64,000 bases of DNA, taken from contig OZ024742.1 in the NCBI GenBank assembly GCA_964016885.1, forward strand, positions 46,624,001-46,688,000, in the 5' to 3' direction. Under the pieces are notes generated by a model. The model was not told the origin of the DNA, made no database searches, and saw nothing but the letters and a program-made list of their open reading frames with translations. The stretch comes from Eledone cirrhosa. Taxonomy: Eukaryota. Made by a program: the position numbers and the translations under genes. This document shows, piece by piece, positions 9,975 through 23,945 of this stretch. The stretch's first letter is position 1. Each line of letters starts with the position of its first letter.

Positions 9975-11305
9975 AACAAAATATATATATATACATATAT
10001 ATATATACACATATACATACATATGCATATATATATCTATATATTTTTTTTAATTGGTGAAATTTCGTTTACATGTATTTAGATTTCATTGTGTATCGAA
10101 CTGTTACGCGCGTTTCGCAGTGAATTGGCTTAGGGTCACCCATAGGAGTTATTGACCCGAATCCATTATCAGTCTGTTCTTCAGACTGGCAATGTAACAA
10201 AAAAAAAATATATATATATATAGTGTTTGTTGTGATTTATGAGATGATGGGTGCATTGGCCTTATTTTTTGGTGTATGGGCGTATCTGGGTTTTGGAGTA
10301 TAATATGTAGGGCAGCTTTGCACGTGTATGTACATATATATATTCATGTGTGTGGTGTGTGAGTGTGTGTGTGTGTGCGTGTTTGCGTGCGTGTGGCTTC
10401 TATGGGCGCGTGTTGGTATATGAATTGGACATTCAAAGACTAGCTTTTATGTAAACAGGAAGCTGAATGGGGGTGAGGGGTGCGGTGGGGTACCAGAAAA
10501 GATTTCAAAGCAAATAAATAAAAATCAAGATTAAATTAAATTAAATTCCCAGCCATACGTTTTTCAAAGCAAACTGAAACTAATCACCCCAAATTTTTTG
10601 GGGAATCTCTTTTAAATACGCTAAGCTTTTATTACTTTAATGCAAATAAGCTAATTTCAAAGTCCTATGCCTCTCATTAACAACCTAAAAATAACTCAAA
10701 ATTTTCCCAGAATCTCCCTTTTAGAAAGGCACCTATCAAAACGCCATATCAGAAATTTCTTCTTGTATTTCTGTCCTACCATTAGTTTAAAAAATTTATT
10801 TTGTAGCTCCGTAAAAACATTTCTCAGTCTACTTATCCTACCATAACGTGTAACTTGATTAGAAAACACGTTGTATCCTACAGATATTGGCGTCTAGCTA
10901 GATGCAAAAGACACCCAAGTCACTTTAAAGCTAAAGTCCTTGGCAGAACTTTGTAACTATCTTCTCACAGCCTATTTCGATAGTGACGTCTAAATAATTA
11001 AACTTGCTAACGTCACATCCATTCCTATTCTCCTCTAAACTTTTCGGATAGATCTTGTGCAGTAAACTCTTGAAGTGCCTATAATTAGGAACAGATATAT
11101 CATCGATATACCTACAGCATTCACCCAACTGCCTAATTAAGCTTATTCTTTTAAGCTTCCTTAAACCCTCTAGATAGTCAAACTCACAGGAGGATAAATA
11201 TGAATCCGCCAGGAGTGAGCTACAGTTCCCATCTATTGGTATGCCTTTGACCTACCTGAAAACATTACCTGCAAATGTAACATAAACATTATTTACTATA
11301 AATAA
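9975..11305 (-). mobile_element. Penelope-like element fragment with C-terminal RT (Naiad-like) and 3' non-coding region; decayed
   Basis: Translation FIVNNVYVTFAGNVFR*VKGIPIDGNCSSLLADSYL..CE..RYIDDI..KIYPKSL..NYLDVTI..YNVFSNQVTRYGR (10660-11305). No GIY-YIG domain follows the RT; the fragment ends at (TA)n. Confidence 0.72.
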
Positions 11306-14300
11306 CAAAGAAAATAACACAAACACACTCAAAAGCGAAAACAGCAGCAACAATGACAAAGAAAACAACATAAATGTGAACTCAAAACCCGAAAAAATGG
11401 GTGAAAACCCCCCAAAACTGTACCGCAAACAACAACAATCAAAACGCAAACACCCAAGAAAACAAGAACAACAGCAACGAAACACAAAAAAGACCCCACT
11501 ACACGAATATCCTTTGCCCAGGTCGTTAAAGAGATCGAAACTTTCACCCCAGTTGACATCAGTAATGCAGCAGAATTGCTAAAAGAGGGGAGAAAACAGG
11601 TGAGCTTTGGTGAAAGAGACACGGTCCTAAGGACAATTAATTTTAGAACTATATCAAATGCGTCGAAAAAATCAGCTCAATTTCGCTACGGGAAATTGAG
11701 CTGGTGTTAAAAGACGCGTTGAAGGACATTTTTATTGAGAGAGGGAAGTTATATGGGAGTCTGACAATTTTGATGAAGGACCAATTGGTGGCCCAAAAAT
11801 ACTCAGTGTTACCAATTGTGTCCAAACAGTACACTTTCTTCCCCACCAACATGGGGAAGAAAACTCAAAAAATAACAATCTCCGGTATACACCCAAATAC
11901 AAATATGTGATTGATACTAGGAGGGATACTGGACGACAAAGATGAACTCCTTGATATAGGCAAAGCCACCAGGGCCACTTTGGCGGTATAGGCATACAGG
12001 TTCTGATTGGAATGAAACCAGAACGTATCGCAAAGATACCCCAAAGAGTGTCTCTGGAAGGCTCCCAATTTTTGAACATTGCAGTTGAGGGTAGGCGGCC
12101 CGCTTGTTACCTCTGTGGAGGCAGACGTCACCTGAGGGCTGCCTGTACTCAACAAACTAAAAGACCTTTACTGCAAACACCTTCAAAAACACCACCACCA
12201 CCACCACCACAACAACAACAACAAACACAACAAGTCAACAAAAAACTGAACACGGACCCACCCAACCCCTCCACATCCATAACAACTCCACAAACAAAAA
12301 CACAATCACCACCACCACCACCCCCAAAACAACAAACACAACAAGTCAACAAAAAACTGAACACGGTCCTACCCAACCCCTCCCAACCTAAAACAACTCC
12401 AACAACATACATAACAAAGCCCCAAACTATACCCCTCACCTCCAACATGGAAGAGGATCCCTTAACGTCAGAAGACGAGGGGGAACCCTTCCAAAAAATA
12501 AAGCGAAAAAAAAGAAAATACACCGCACCAACACAAAGGAAAATAACCCCTCCCCAAAACAAAACACAAAAAAATACAGAACAAAAACCAACAAAAATTA
12601 CACAGACACAGCTATACACATACTTCAACACAAAAAAATAAAACCTGTAAACAAAATTGAACAAAACTCTTCGGTGCAAACCGAAGGGCCAAATTTCACG
12701 AGGGACACAGAGAACCCTTATTTAAAAATGATTAAAACTCCGATAGACATTTATATAGAACTAAAATACAATTTTCCTGAGTAAGTGCTCCCTCCCCTGT
12801 GTAAAACCAATGAATCGAGTCCTCTTGAAAAATGTCCACACCCCCACCCCAGACACCCACACCACACCAAACACCCCAACCCCACCAAACTCTAATGTCC
12901 CCAAACCACCACAAACCACCACCGCACCCAACAACCCCTCCCCCACCCCTATGGAAATTGTGCGGCCTGGTCCCCGGGACGCAGAGAGGTAGGAGCCCCC
13001 TTTTTCTCTTTACCACCAACATGGCTGTATTGAGAGTGGCTTGTCTAAATGCGCGTGGCCTGGGCTCATATTGGAAGCAAGCAAAACTTCTAAATGACCT
13101 CAGGTCACGCTGTATAAATGTGATGGTCATTTGCGAGGCCCGGATCAGCAGCGTGCGGCAGCTAGCCCCCACCTTTGACGACTTTGAGATGCACGCATCT
13201 CTCTGTCAGCCTGGAGGTGGGAGTGGGGTTGTCGTACTTCTGCAAAAACATCTGGGTCTCGCCGCACAGACGGTACACCTGGCCCCGGAGGATCGACTGG
13301 TGGTTTTAGACGTTGGCAGTGGTGAAGGCGGAGCTTTTAGGCTGGTCGCCGCCTACGCCCCTTTTGGGTCAGCGCGGCCGGACTTCTTCCAACGCCTGGA
13401 GACTTTTCTGGGGACGTCTCGCTCCTTACTTTTAGTGGAGGACTGGAATGGTATCCTAGATGCACGTTGGGATTATGTAGGGGCATGTCCCGATAGAGGG
13501 GGCTGTAACAGCCTCAAGGAGTTAATCGGCCGATTTGACCTGGCCGATAGATATCGACTAGATTTTTCGACTGCGCCAGCCTGGACTTGGGCAAACAGCA
13601 GCGGATCATCTAGGTCGTACCTAGATAGGATCCTAGTTATAAATAAGGATAGCGACCTTTTAAGCTGTCCAGAGATGCTAATGGTTGGCTATTCGGATCA
13701 CAAATTAGTGACCTGCATACTCAACCTTGATAGAACTCATAGACAGGGACCCGGTTACTGGAAACTGAACTTGTCCTTACCGGCAAGTAAAGTGTACAGG
13801 GACCGGATTAGTACTTTAGTTAAAGAGCGGTTGACGGGAGCGATCGTCAACAGCAGGTCAGGTGGTGGGGATCTCTCAAAAGAGAGAGTAGAGTAGTTTC
13901 AATAGGATTTAGTAAGGAGTTAGCCTCAGATAGTAATAGGAAGGAAAGGGAGTTGGTAGATAGTGTAGAAGAGGCAATTAGAAGTGGCGACGTGGCCAGA
14001 GTGCTAGCGTCGAGAACGGCCTTGGGCCAGTTCTTTGACGCGAAGACGAATGCTGCGTTGTCCGAAGCAAAATACGTGCTCTATGAAATGAGGCGACCAA
14101 AGCTGTTAGCTGGCCCGCGTGACAGAAGCCAAAAGAGGGAGCAGATCCATTATCCGATCTTTGCGAGACCAGGATGGACGGGTGATCCTTGAACCTAAGC
14201 AGATGTGCGAGGCCTTTCAAAGGCACTTTGCACCATTGTTCGGGAGGGGTGGGAGGCCGGATGGGGATGTGGACTTCGGTCCTTACCTCGACGGCCTGCC

Positions 14301-16308
14301 GCGTCTTTCGGACGAGGAGGCGAAGTCCTGCGAGGGGCCGATTTCAGCTGCTGAAATAGGGAACGTGCTGCAAACGCAAATCCCCGGGTCTCGATGGGCT
14401 TCCATACGAACTATATCTAGCTATGGCGGACTTGTTCCCCGATCTCCTCGAGGCGGTCTACTGCAACTGGCAACAGAATGGGAGAATTCCCTGTTCTGTG
14501 ACCAAGGGCGTAGTCTCGCTAGTGATGAAGGACGAGAACAAGGGGGACGTAAGTAATTTCAGGCCCATAACTCGGCCAAAATCTTTAACTCTGCATTTAG
14601 CAAAGATGTTAGCAAAAAGGATGGCGCTTGTCGTGGCAACCTGGTGGGAGATACGCAGACGTGTGCTATCCCGTCCAGGTCCATTCACGACAACCTCCAC
14701 CTCATGCGATACATCATAGAGAGGGTTGGGAACGAACCCGGCTTCGGTGGGGCCTTGATCAACTTGGATCAATCTAAGGCCGTCGATAGTGTCGACCATG
14801 GTTACCTGGATGCGGTGCTAGCGACGGCAGGCTTCGGATCCATTTTCAGCGGCTGGATCAATGCCATGCACAGCAGCCGCATCTGCTCTAGGGTCAAGGT
14901 GAACGGCTACCTCTTGGAGCCGTTCGAAATCGCGCGGTCCATCCGACAGGGGTGCCCTCTCTCCTCCCTTCTGTATGTAATGACTGCTGCGGAAGTTGGA
15001 GTTGTTGCAGGGCATCCCGTTGGAACCGGGATTGCGGAAAGCGGTGTCGGCCTACGCCGACGGCGTAACAGAAATGGTGTCGACCAACTCGGAAATCGGG
15101 GTGATCGGCACCTTACTGTAGGAGTACGAAAGGTTTACAGGAGCTAAGCTGAACATGGACAAGTCGATCGGTCTGCAACTCGGCACGTGAAGGGGCAGAT
15201 CGATGCCCTCCGATGGCGTCGTCGGGCGCTGGACGGAGGGCCCGGTGAAGTTGCTCGGGGTTTGGTTCGGACCAGACCTCCAGGTGGAGAAGAACTGGGG
15301 TGAGGTAACGAACAGGGTGTTTGCACTGACCCAGAAGTGGGCCGAGTGCAAACTGTCCCTGAAAGGTCGGGCGGAGGTGGCGAACACTTATATAGCGTCC
15401 GTCATCTACTACCGCCTGACCGTTGTGCCTTGCCCAAGGGAAACGCTCGCCAAAATGGAGCGCGCACTCTTCCAATTCCTTTGGAAGAAGCGGGCTCCTA
15501 TGGTGAGGAGATCCATCTGCTGTCAACACCCTTCGAAAAGAGGGCTGGGGATGCCGTGGCTAATGATACGTAAACACGCATTAAGGCTACGGCACCTCCA
15601 GGTATTACACTCCGGTCAACCGGTGTGGGCCCCGTTTGTGAGGCAAGCCTTTCCCAGACTCGTCTCACTCACCGAGCTGCAATCCTGGGTCAAGCAAAGA
15701 CCGAGAAAACTGGGCGCCTGGCTCTACAGACACGGGTGCCCGGGTAGGGACCCCTCGAAAAAGATCTGTGCCAGATGCGTGTGCGACGAGGAAACCGTTG
15801 CACACGCATTGGTACACTGCTCGGGCATTGCCGATCTGTGGGGCTATGTCGAACAACTGCTGTCAAGGGTGGGACCGATCCGGTTGACCACCGAGTCTAT
15901 TGTAACGACCAAGCCGCCACCCCTCTTCAAAAACGAAGGAGAGGCGGTGTTTCTGTGCGTAATAGCCATGGCGAAAGAGGTTGTATGGTGGACGCGTCTG
16001 AAAGGACTGAGGTCAGACACCTTTCTCTCTGGCCAACAACTGGTACGTTTCTTCCGATAGGAAGATGAAAGACCAAGGGAGCACCCCTTCTCTGTGCTCC
16101 TGAAGAGAAGTGTTGCACACTTTTTTTCGGGGGTGTGTGCGACCCCCCAAGGCGCCTCCTCTCTATTGAGGATTTTGTTATAAATTTTATCTTGTTATAT
16201 TTTATTTCTGTTATTGCCTCCTCCTTATTGAGGACGCCTTGTTATGTAAACTCCCCCCATTGTACTTGTCCCACTTTTTGATGCCCTGGTGGCAAATAAA
16301 AAGAAAAT
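11305..16308 (+). mobile_element. Tx1-type LINE (family C): 5'-truncated ORF1 plus frameshifted ORF2 (APE, RT, Cys domain), with (TATC)n tail
   Basis: ORF1 knuckle CYLCGGRRHLRAAC. ORF2 starts at 13021 with MAVLRVACLNARGL..SYLDRIL..SDHKLV..GYWKLN; RT motifs LDQSKA, RQGCPLS, AYADG, KLLGVWFG; then CARC..EETVAHALVHC. AATAAA precedes TATCTATCTATCTATC at 16309. Confidence 0.92.
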
Positions 16309-16401
16309 TATCTATCTATCTATCTCTTTCTCTCTCTCTCTCTCCCTCTCCCCCCTCTCTCTCTCTCTCTCTATATATATATACATATATATATGTGTGT
16401 A

Positions 16402-16620
16402 TGTAAAAGGTAAACAGAAATAACAAGACAATCGGTACAGTATATGGAAGGATTATATTAGGTTAAGGCTTGATATAGCAGGTAGAGGGTTTCAGCCTCT
16501 AGTCCTTCACCAGAAAAAAGAATGAGAAATTAGAAAGATTGAAGAGACGGGTGGGGTGGAATCGGAAAAAATGTTTTTAGAGAAAAATAACAGGTCCATT
16601 CATGTTGCCATCTCTTGGAA
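16402..16620 (-). mobile_element. Diverged third copy of the ~265-bp PLE-like unit seen at 27104-27786
   Basis: GTAAAAGGTAAACAGAAATAACA..AAAAATAACAGGTCCAT matches 27523-27750; the hammerhead region is partly deleted. Confidence 0.8.
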
Positions 16621-16630
16621 AACTTGTATA

Positions 16631-16664
<34 letters not shown>

Positions 16665-16769
16665 AATGTATGTATTAATAACAGGCGCAGCTCTGATATG
16701 AATATCTCAACGAAATATGATAAAAATGTTTATATATATATATATATATATATAAACATATTTACACAA

Positions 16770-16800
<31 letters not shown>

Positions 16801-16826
16801 CATATATATAAACATATTTAAATATA

Positions 16827-16878
<52 letters not shown>

Positions 16879-17446
16879 AAAGTTGCATCAGATATTTTTG
16901 ACTTCTCACTAATTTTGATTTAATTACATCCTTCGTACTACTTTATCTTGGTTTTACTGTTCACACATTTCAAGTTTCATTATTTCTCACATTACAGCAA
17001 CATTTGCCGTACATATTGAATAAGCTGCTAACATTGTTTACAATAGATTATAGTGAAAAGTATCATTACTTCAATAATTTCCATTCGGATGGAACATTCC
17101 AAATATTCCAGAATAATAATGTAAGCTATAGTGTATGGAACCAATATAAATGTTTGTAGCGCAGTTAAATAAATGTATGGGTTAGTAAAATATAGCTGGA
17201 AGGAGGAAGGAATGAATGGAGAGAGACGTAGGTAATTGAAGAGAGCATTATAGAGCTACATACTCCTGTAGCTATATAACACCCCTAACTCCTAACGCTG
17301 AATAAGCTTTTAAAATACAATAGAGGCGAAGCACAGTTTGAACTTACGATTTAAATAGAAAAGCCAAGCAAGGAACAATTATGGAAGCTTTGGTGTAAAA
17401 TAAAGAGGAAGCGGAGAGTACAAGCTCGTAATATTGTTTATTACTG

Positions 17447-17516
17447 AACACATAAGAACAGGCGCATGCGCACATTCAACAACATAGCAATGAATACTAC
17501 TTTGTATTCACGCATT

Positions 17517-17585
<69 letters not shown>

Positions 17586-17705
17586 TACATTAATACATAT
17601 AAAAATTCATAATATAGAAAGGCATGCACGTGCTCAAACACACACACGCGCATATATATATATATATATACATATATATGTATATATATATATATGTATA
17701 TATAT

Positions 17706-17749
<44 letters not shown>

Positions 17750-17766
17750 ATATATATGTATATATC

Positions 17767-17806
<40 letters not shown>

Positions 17807-18033
17807 AATATACATATCAAATATATCCTCACTTTGCTGTGTATATAACATACTGTTTATTACAGAACACATAAGAAATAGCGCATGCGCACAGGCAACA
17901 GCAAAGCAATGAATACTACTTTGTTTCCGCGCTTTCAAATATACGTATATATGTACATGAATTACATACATAAATACATATAGAAATACATGATACAGAA
18001 ACGCATACACGCGCTCAAACACAAACGCATACA

Positions 18034-18108
<75 letters not shown>

Positions 18109-18155
18109 CATATTAAATAGATCCTCACTTTGCTGTGTATATAACATTCTGTTTG
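17447..18155. repeat. Diverged tandem duplication (~420-bp period) with internal (TA)n expansions
   Basis: GAACACATAAGAA..GCGCATGCGCACA..GCAATGAATACTACTTTG at ~17447 and ~17865; ATCCTCACTTTGCTGTGTATATAACAT at ~17825 and ~18121. Confidence 0.75.
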
Positions 18156-18246
18156 GCACAAATATATGTCGCTCCAAATACATTGCATTCATATTCATCA
18201 ATATATATTAAATATAAACATCACCAAAGAGATTAAAATATACTAC

Positions 18247-18281
<35 letters not shown>

Positions 18282-18330
18282 AGACTAATAACACGCATTG
18301 TACACATAATCTCATACAGATACCCGTACT

Positions 18331-18466
<136 letters not shown>

Positions 18467-19504
18467 ACACACATGCATATATGTGTGTATATATTTATTT
18501 ATACATATATATATGTAAATATATGTATACATATGCTTATATATATATATGTATATACACATATATATATACGTGTGTGTGTATGTGTGTGTAGGTTTGT
18601 GTGTGTGTGTGTGTGTAAATCTGCATGTGTCTGATAAATAAATACAAATAGGGGAGATGGAAAAAGAGATGTTATTGAGGGAAAGATGGATGATGGGGAA
18701 ATTTGCCGAGTTAATGTTTCCGAGAGATCAAATGTTTCATTGTTATAGTAAATGGATGGTTGGCTGAACGGACAACTGAATGTAAAACCTAAAGCTATAT
18801 CGTTAATGAAAATGACTTATCAGTGTATAAACAACACACGTAGCCAACAAAAACAGAGTTGAAAGCTACAAAACTACTCCTTTGGGATACATTCATCAAT
18901 GTGGACCAAAATACTAGTAATATATTGCCAATTTGTCACTTTTCAAATCTGCTTCGCCATTGAATTTGCGCTATGCTTTCTATAAAACTAATTGTTGGTT
19001 GCTGAGAAGAATGTTGCCACAGTTAAATCTCGTGTTCTATAGCTTAAATATACATATTTATTTTCTGCTATAATAGTAGATTGTTAGTAACTCAGTCCTC
19101 TGTTTTATAAACACCAATATGTTTATAATACTAATATTACTTTTTATATCTCAATTTCAATTTTGGTAATGAAATCGCTCTGTTATGGGTATTCTGTGTT
19201 ACTTTGCTTTTGCATGTTAGATTTTAGTGGCTGCCATTCTCGTGGTATTTTAAATACAGAAGACAGCGTAATTTTAAGCCTAGCAGTTGGGTAAGTTGAG
19301 AGGACTCAGGAGAATCGTTGGATTCGTTTCATAGATATTGCTGGAAAGCATATCTGTATATTGTATATATAATATATTATTTGATCATGGGTTGTATGGG
19401 ACTTGCATTGGCTAGAGATCAATGTCCGTGATATTAGATCTTGTTACTGTGTTTACTTTTTGATTCTTGTTACTGTGTTTACTTTTTGGATTGATGGTAG
19501 GACA

Positions 19505-19579
<75 letters not shown>

Positions 19580-20155
19580 GAGAGATATAGAGAGAAACAG
19601 AGAAAGTGAGATAGAGAGAAAGGGAGAAAGAGGGAAAGAGACAAAGTGAGAGAGAGAAGGAGAAGAGAGAAAAAGACACAAAATAAACAACATATATTGT
19701 TATTTTTATTGACTCTTTAGAGGTGAAAGATCAAGTGAAGCTGATCAGTTTCAACTTTCAATCTGAGAACTGTAATCAAACCCATTTCTACAACACTAAC
19801 CATGCCCCTCCCACAATCCATTAGCAATTATTGATACTATTAAGGGCAATGGCAGTAATAAATGATAGAATACCGGACTAAGAGCTTTATGATATTTAGC
19901 TCTGCGCTCAGAATTCCCAGTCTTTAATTTATTTTATATTTTCACCATGGCAGATGAAATAAATATCAATTCTATAATAGGATATATTCAGTAATTTGTA
20001 TAACCTCATAACTCCTATTGGAATCATAGGGATTCATTAAACCTTGAGAGCCTACCTTCTTTATATGTCTTAATATAGCCGATTTCTTCCAGCGAATGAG
20101 AGGGAAATGATGATAGAGAGTTAGTGAGAGAGAAAGAGAGAGAGAGAGAGGGAGG

Positions 20156-20237
<82 letters not shown>

Positions 20238-20264
20238 GGGGAAGTCAGAATGAGATATAGAAGA

Positions 20265-21345
20265 AGAAACGACATCAGTACTGGACTGGTTCTTTTTTTA
20301 TCTACCTCGAAAGGATAAAAGGCAAAGTGGACTACGACGGGATTTGAACTGAAAGAATGGAGGGAGCCGGGAAAACATTGCAAATGATCCTATTCGACGT
20401 TCTAACCACTCTGCCAATTCGCCGTGTTATCTATATAAATAAAATTCGAATCGTGTCCGTCCGTGTGTCACTCCTTTCGTGAGATGAATGAGTTAAAACG
20501 AAGGAAGTTGGATGGCGAAAATTCTACGGCGAAAAACAAAAATCAAACAATGTTTAAACTTTTGCACAAAGCTCTGTGTGAGTGTTTGTGAATGTAAAAG
20601 GGAGGAAGAGGGATGGTGTAAAAGCTATGCTCTCTGTGAGAGTATGTGTCTCCAAAGGAGAATGAAATAGTTCAGTAATAAACTAGGACCCATTCAACTT
20701 TATTGCCTTGTTGTAAAGTATAAAGCTGGAATTGAATATGGTGGTCGTTTAGCATATTCGTAACAACTTTGGACAATAAAGCCTTGCAACAATTAATTAA
20801 TGCTTTTTACATTTTGAGTTCAATTCCTGCCGAAGTCAAATTTACTTTTAATCCTTCCAGGGTTGATAAAATATAGTAAGATGTAATCCCCTGCGTTTGG
20901 AATTATTTGAGGTCTTTTTCCTATATAGGATTTCAAACATATTAACTTTTAAACATATTTTTGTTTTCTATTCTGAGTTCAAATGCTAACATGGTGGTTT
21001 AACGTCCTTTTTCATCTATTTGGGATCGCCAAAATGAAGTAACAGTCAATTACTGGGGTAGATTTAATCGACGATTGTTTCATCCAAACCCAAATGTGTT
21101 GCCTTGTGTCTTTGTCAGAAATCATTGAGAGTGATGGGTTGGCAGAATTGGTAGAACATACTGTAAAATGTCATTGCTGTATTCGTTCTGGCTCTATACA
21201 TTCTGAGGTCAAACTCACCGAGGTCAGTTTTACCTTTCATCCTTCTGGAGTCGATAGAACACAGTGCTGGTTAAGTACTGAGGCTGATTTAATCAACTTT
21301 GCCATTCCCCTCAAATTTACTGGACTTGTGCAAATGAATATTGTA
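20265..21345. mobile_element. Cluster of older, diverged copies of the tRNA/Nin SINE (one minus strand ~20270-20425; plus strand ~20810-21345)
   Basis: Degenerate GAGTTCAAAT and CTTTCATCCTT..GGGTCGATA motifs. Confidence 0.6.
20430..20660 (+). mobile_element. Possible Helitron 5' terminus (non-autonomous)
   Basis: Starts TCTATATAAATAAAATTCGAATCGTGTCCGTCCGTGTGTC, resembling the TC-start plus GTCC/GTCT subterminal pattern of invertebrate Helitrons. The 3' end was not located. Confidence 0.4.
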
Positions 21346-21904
21346 CACGTGTGCGAAATTAAGGAGGTATTGATAACCGTGATCATACCGACCTGAATGC
21401 ATTACTATATCTGCTTTGGTCCCTCTTGCTTACATGCTCAATTTCCACCGACGAGAACTTTCCCGTTATCCCTCCAGGAGTAATATACGTATGCTGTATC
21501 CACTGCTTATTAGATGGTATATTATTTAACTGTGAATAAAAGAGAAATATCATTACTTCAGTTAGAACGAACTAAGATAGGTTTAGTTTGCTCTCTTGCT
21601 GATGAGATTAACAATTCGAAATGTATTGCTCTTTCACCTCAGATTAACTATATGATCAAATGTACTACATCTTTCAGTCAAACACAGAGAGTACAGGTTC
21701 AGCTTTAACAATATCTCCTTCCCGTTTTATCTACGATATGATGGCATTTAGGGAAGATTTTGGCTGTTATTTCGAGCAAATCGAATGACCAGTTATTGGA
21801 AGGAGGCAGACATGTAATTTACCGTGATATTATATTAAATTCCTATCTTGTATTTTGTCTCTTTTATAATGATATAAATAGATATAAACCAAAGATATAA
21901 TTTA

Positions 21905-23092
21905 GGATTGTGAAGGCGTTGATGAACAGTATGGTTTTCGTCCCGGACGCAGCACAGCCGACCAAATAACACACTGTGACAGGTCTTGGCGAAATCATGT
22001 GAGTATTACCAAGAGGTATTTTCTTTCTCTGTAGACCTCGCAAATGTATACGATCGCGTTCCCCAGGACCTGTTGTGGAAGGTTCTGCAGGAGTATGGGA
22101 TCGATGGTCAGCTTCTTGTTGCCCTGATGTATCTATACGAATGCCAGAGTATATGTGTTCGGATAAATTGTGCTAAATTAAAACCATTCAATGTGGGAGT
22201 CTGACTCCGCCAAGAGTGCGTACTGCTCTTGTTCATAATGAACAGGATTGACATAAGCAATCGTGTTGGAAGTGGTATCACGACGGCTGGGTGAAGGATC
22301 AGTCGGCTGGAATTTTAAGATGCCATGTTATTAGTTTACTCGACAGAAGGTGATCTCCGACTTGCACTTGATAGGTTTCATGCCAAATGCTGCATGGCTG
22401 GAATAAAAATCAGTGCTGAGAAAACTTAGACACTCCTACTCTCAAGGAATCCCGTACAGTGCACTCTACAAATGAATGGAGTTCCACTGAAATAGGTGGA
22501 GGAATTTAAGTATCTCGGGGCCATGTTCCCGAGTGATGTGAGGAAAGGGGCTGAATTAAGTGCAAGAATCGCAAGATTTACTGCAGTAATGCATCAGCTT
22601 CAGTATCCGGTAATCAGAAGAATGGAGGTATGTGTAAAAGCCAAACTTGCTATCTTCAATTCGTTATTCGTGCCAACCCTTACCAATGGTCATGAATCTT
22701 GCATAATGTCCGAAAGATTACGATCGCGAACACAAGTGGCCAAAATGCGTTCGATAGAGTGCGTAGGTCGGAGATCAGAGGGTTACTCCAGTTAGAACCA
22801 CTAGCTCTCCGAATTGAGAGATCACAGCTCCAATACTATGGCCGGGCATGTGGTTAGAATGTCTCAGGAAAAAGTTCATTCGACAGATTTTTCTGGCAAA
22901 ACTTACCGAAAGAAGACCCAGGTATAACCCAAGTAAGATGGTTGGATTATATCCTTGAGCCCTGCTGGTCTTGCTTGGAGATCCAGCAGAATAAATTGGA
23001 GACGGTTGCTTCTGACATGACCCGCTGGAAGGAGTGTTTGAGGGCTCTACCCGCAAGAAGCTCTTAAGAATAAGAGGTCAAAGAAGAAGAAC
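21905..23092 (+). mobile_element. Decayed 5'-truncated RTE-clade LINE (RT to 3' end)
   Basis: DEQYGFRPGRSTADQI, VDLANVYDRVP..LWKVLQEYGIDGQLL, LRQEC, VEEFKYLG, LTNGHES, GHVVRM; tail (AAG)n at 23081-23090. Confidence 0.85.
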
Positions 23093-23562
23093 AACGTTAT
23101 ATTGGTAGTATTGGTAGAGCGTCAGACAGATAAAATGATTTCTAGGGTTTAGTTACGACTTTCTACGTTCTGAGTTCAAATCCTTCCGAGATTAAGATTG
23201 CCTTTAATCGTTCTGGATGATAAAATAAAGTATCTGTTATGTACTTTTGTCGATATATTCGACTTACTCCTCCATAAATTGCAGGTCTTGTACTTATACT
23301 AGAAATTATTATTTTATGTAGAATGACCGTGCTGAATGACCATGTCATTCCCTTTATCTATCATTCTTTTTGCCCAAAGGTGGAGGAGGTCAATAATAAA
23401 AAGGGGTAAAACTATGTTAACTAGCAGCCTAACGAAGAGGAGACCGGAAGTGACGTGAGAAATGGATGATACGAAAACATTATATTAACACCATTAAAAC
23501 AATAATCTTCGTCTAAAAACAGAAAATAATCTTACGAAGTTTCTGGTCATCATTATTGTGTA

Positions 23563-23945
23563 TTGGCAGTATCGGTAGAGGGTCGGACGCCATGCTTTCC
23601 AGCATAGTTACGCCCCTTTACGGTCTGAGTTCAAATCCCGTCGAGGTTAACTTTGCCTTTCATCCTTACGGGGTCGATAAAATAAAGTACCAGTAATACA
23701 CTGGGTAATTACTGGCCTTGTGCCAAAAGTAGAAACAATTATTAAATATAAACCTAAAAGGGGCAGTGGATTGGTAGTATTAGTAGAGTGTCGGACAATA
23801 TGCTTTGAAACACAGAGTTACGGCCCTTTACGCTCTGAGTTCAAATCCCGCCAAGATTAGCTTTGCCTTTCATCCCTACGGGATTTAATCGAATTTTCCA
23901 AACCCCAAAATTGTTAGCCTTGTGCTTAACTCAGTAATCATTATT
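23563..23945 (+). mobile_element. Two tandem SINE copies
   Basis: Head TGGCAGTATCGGTAGAGGGTCGGAC, B-box, core and tail; the second copy starts at ~23760. Confidence 0.85.

Noticed and set aside
10660-11305. Selenocysteine recoding in the Naiad-like RT
   Set aside because: The internal stops I could read in the RT core are TAG and accompany frameshifts, and no convincing SECIS was seen. Decay is the simpler explanation.
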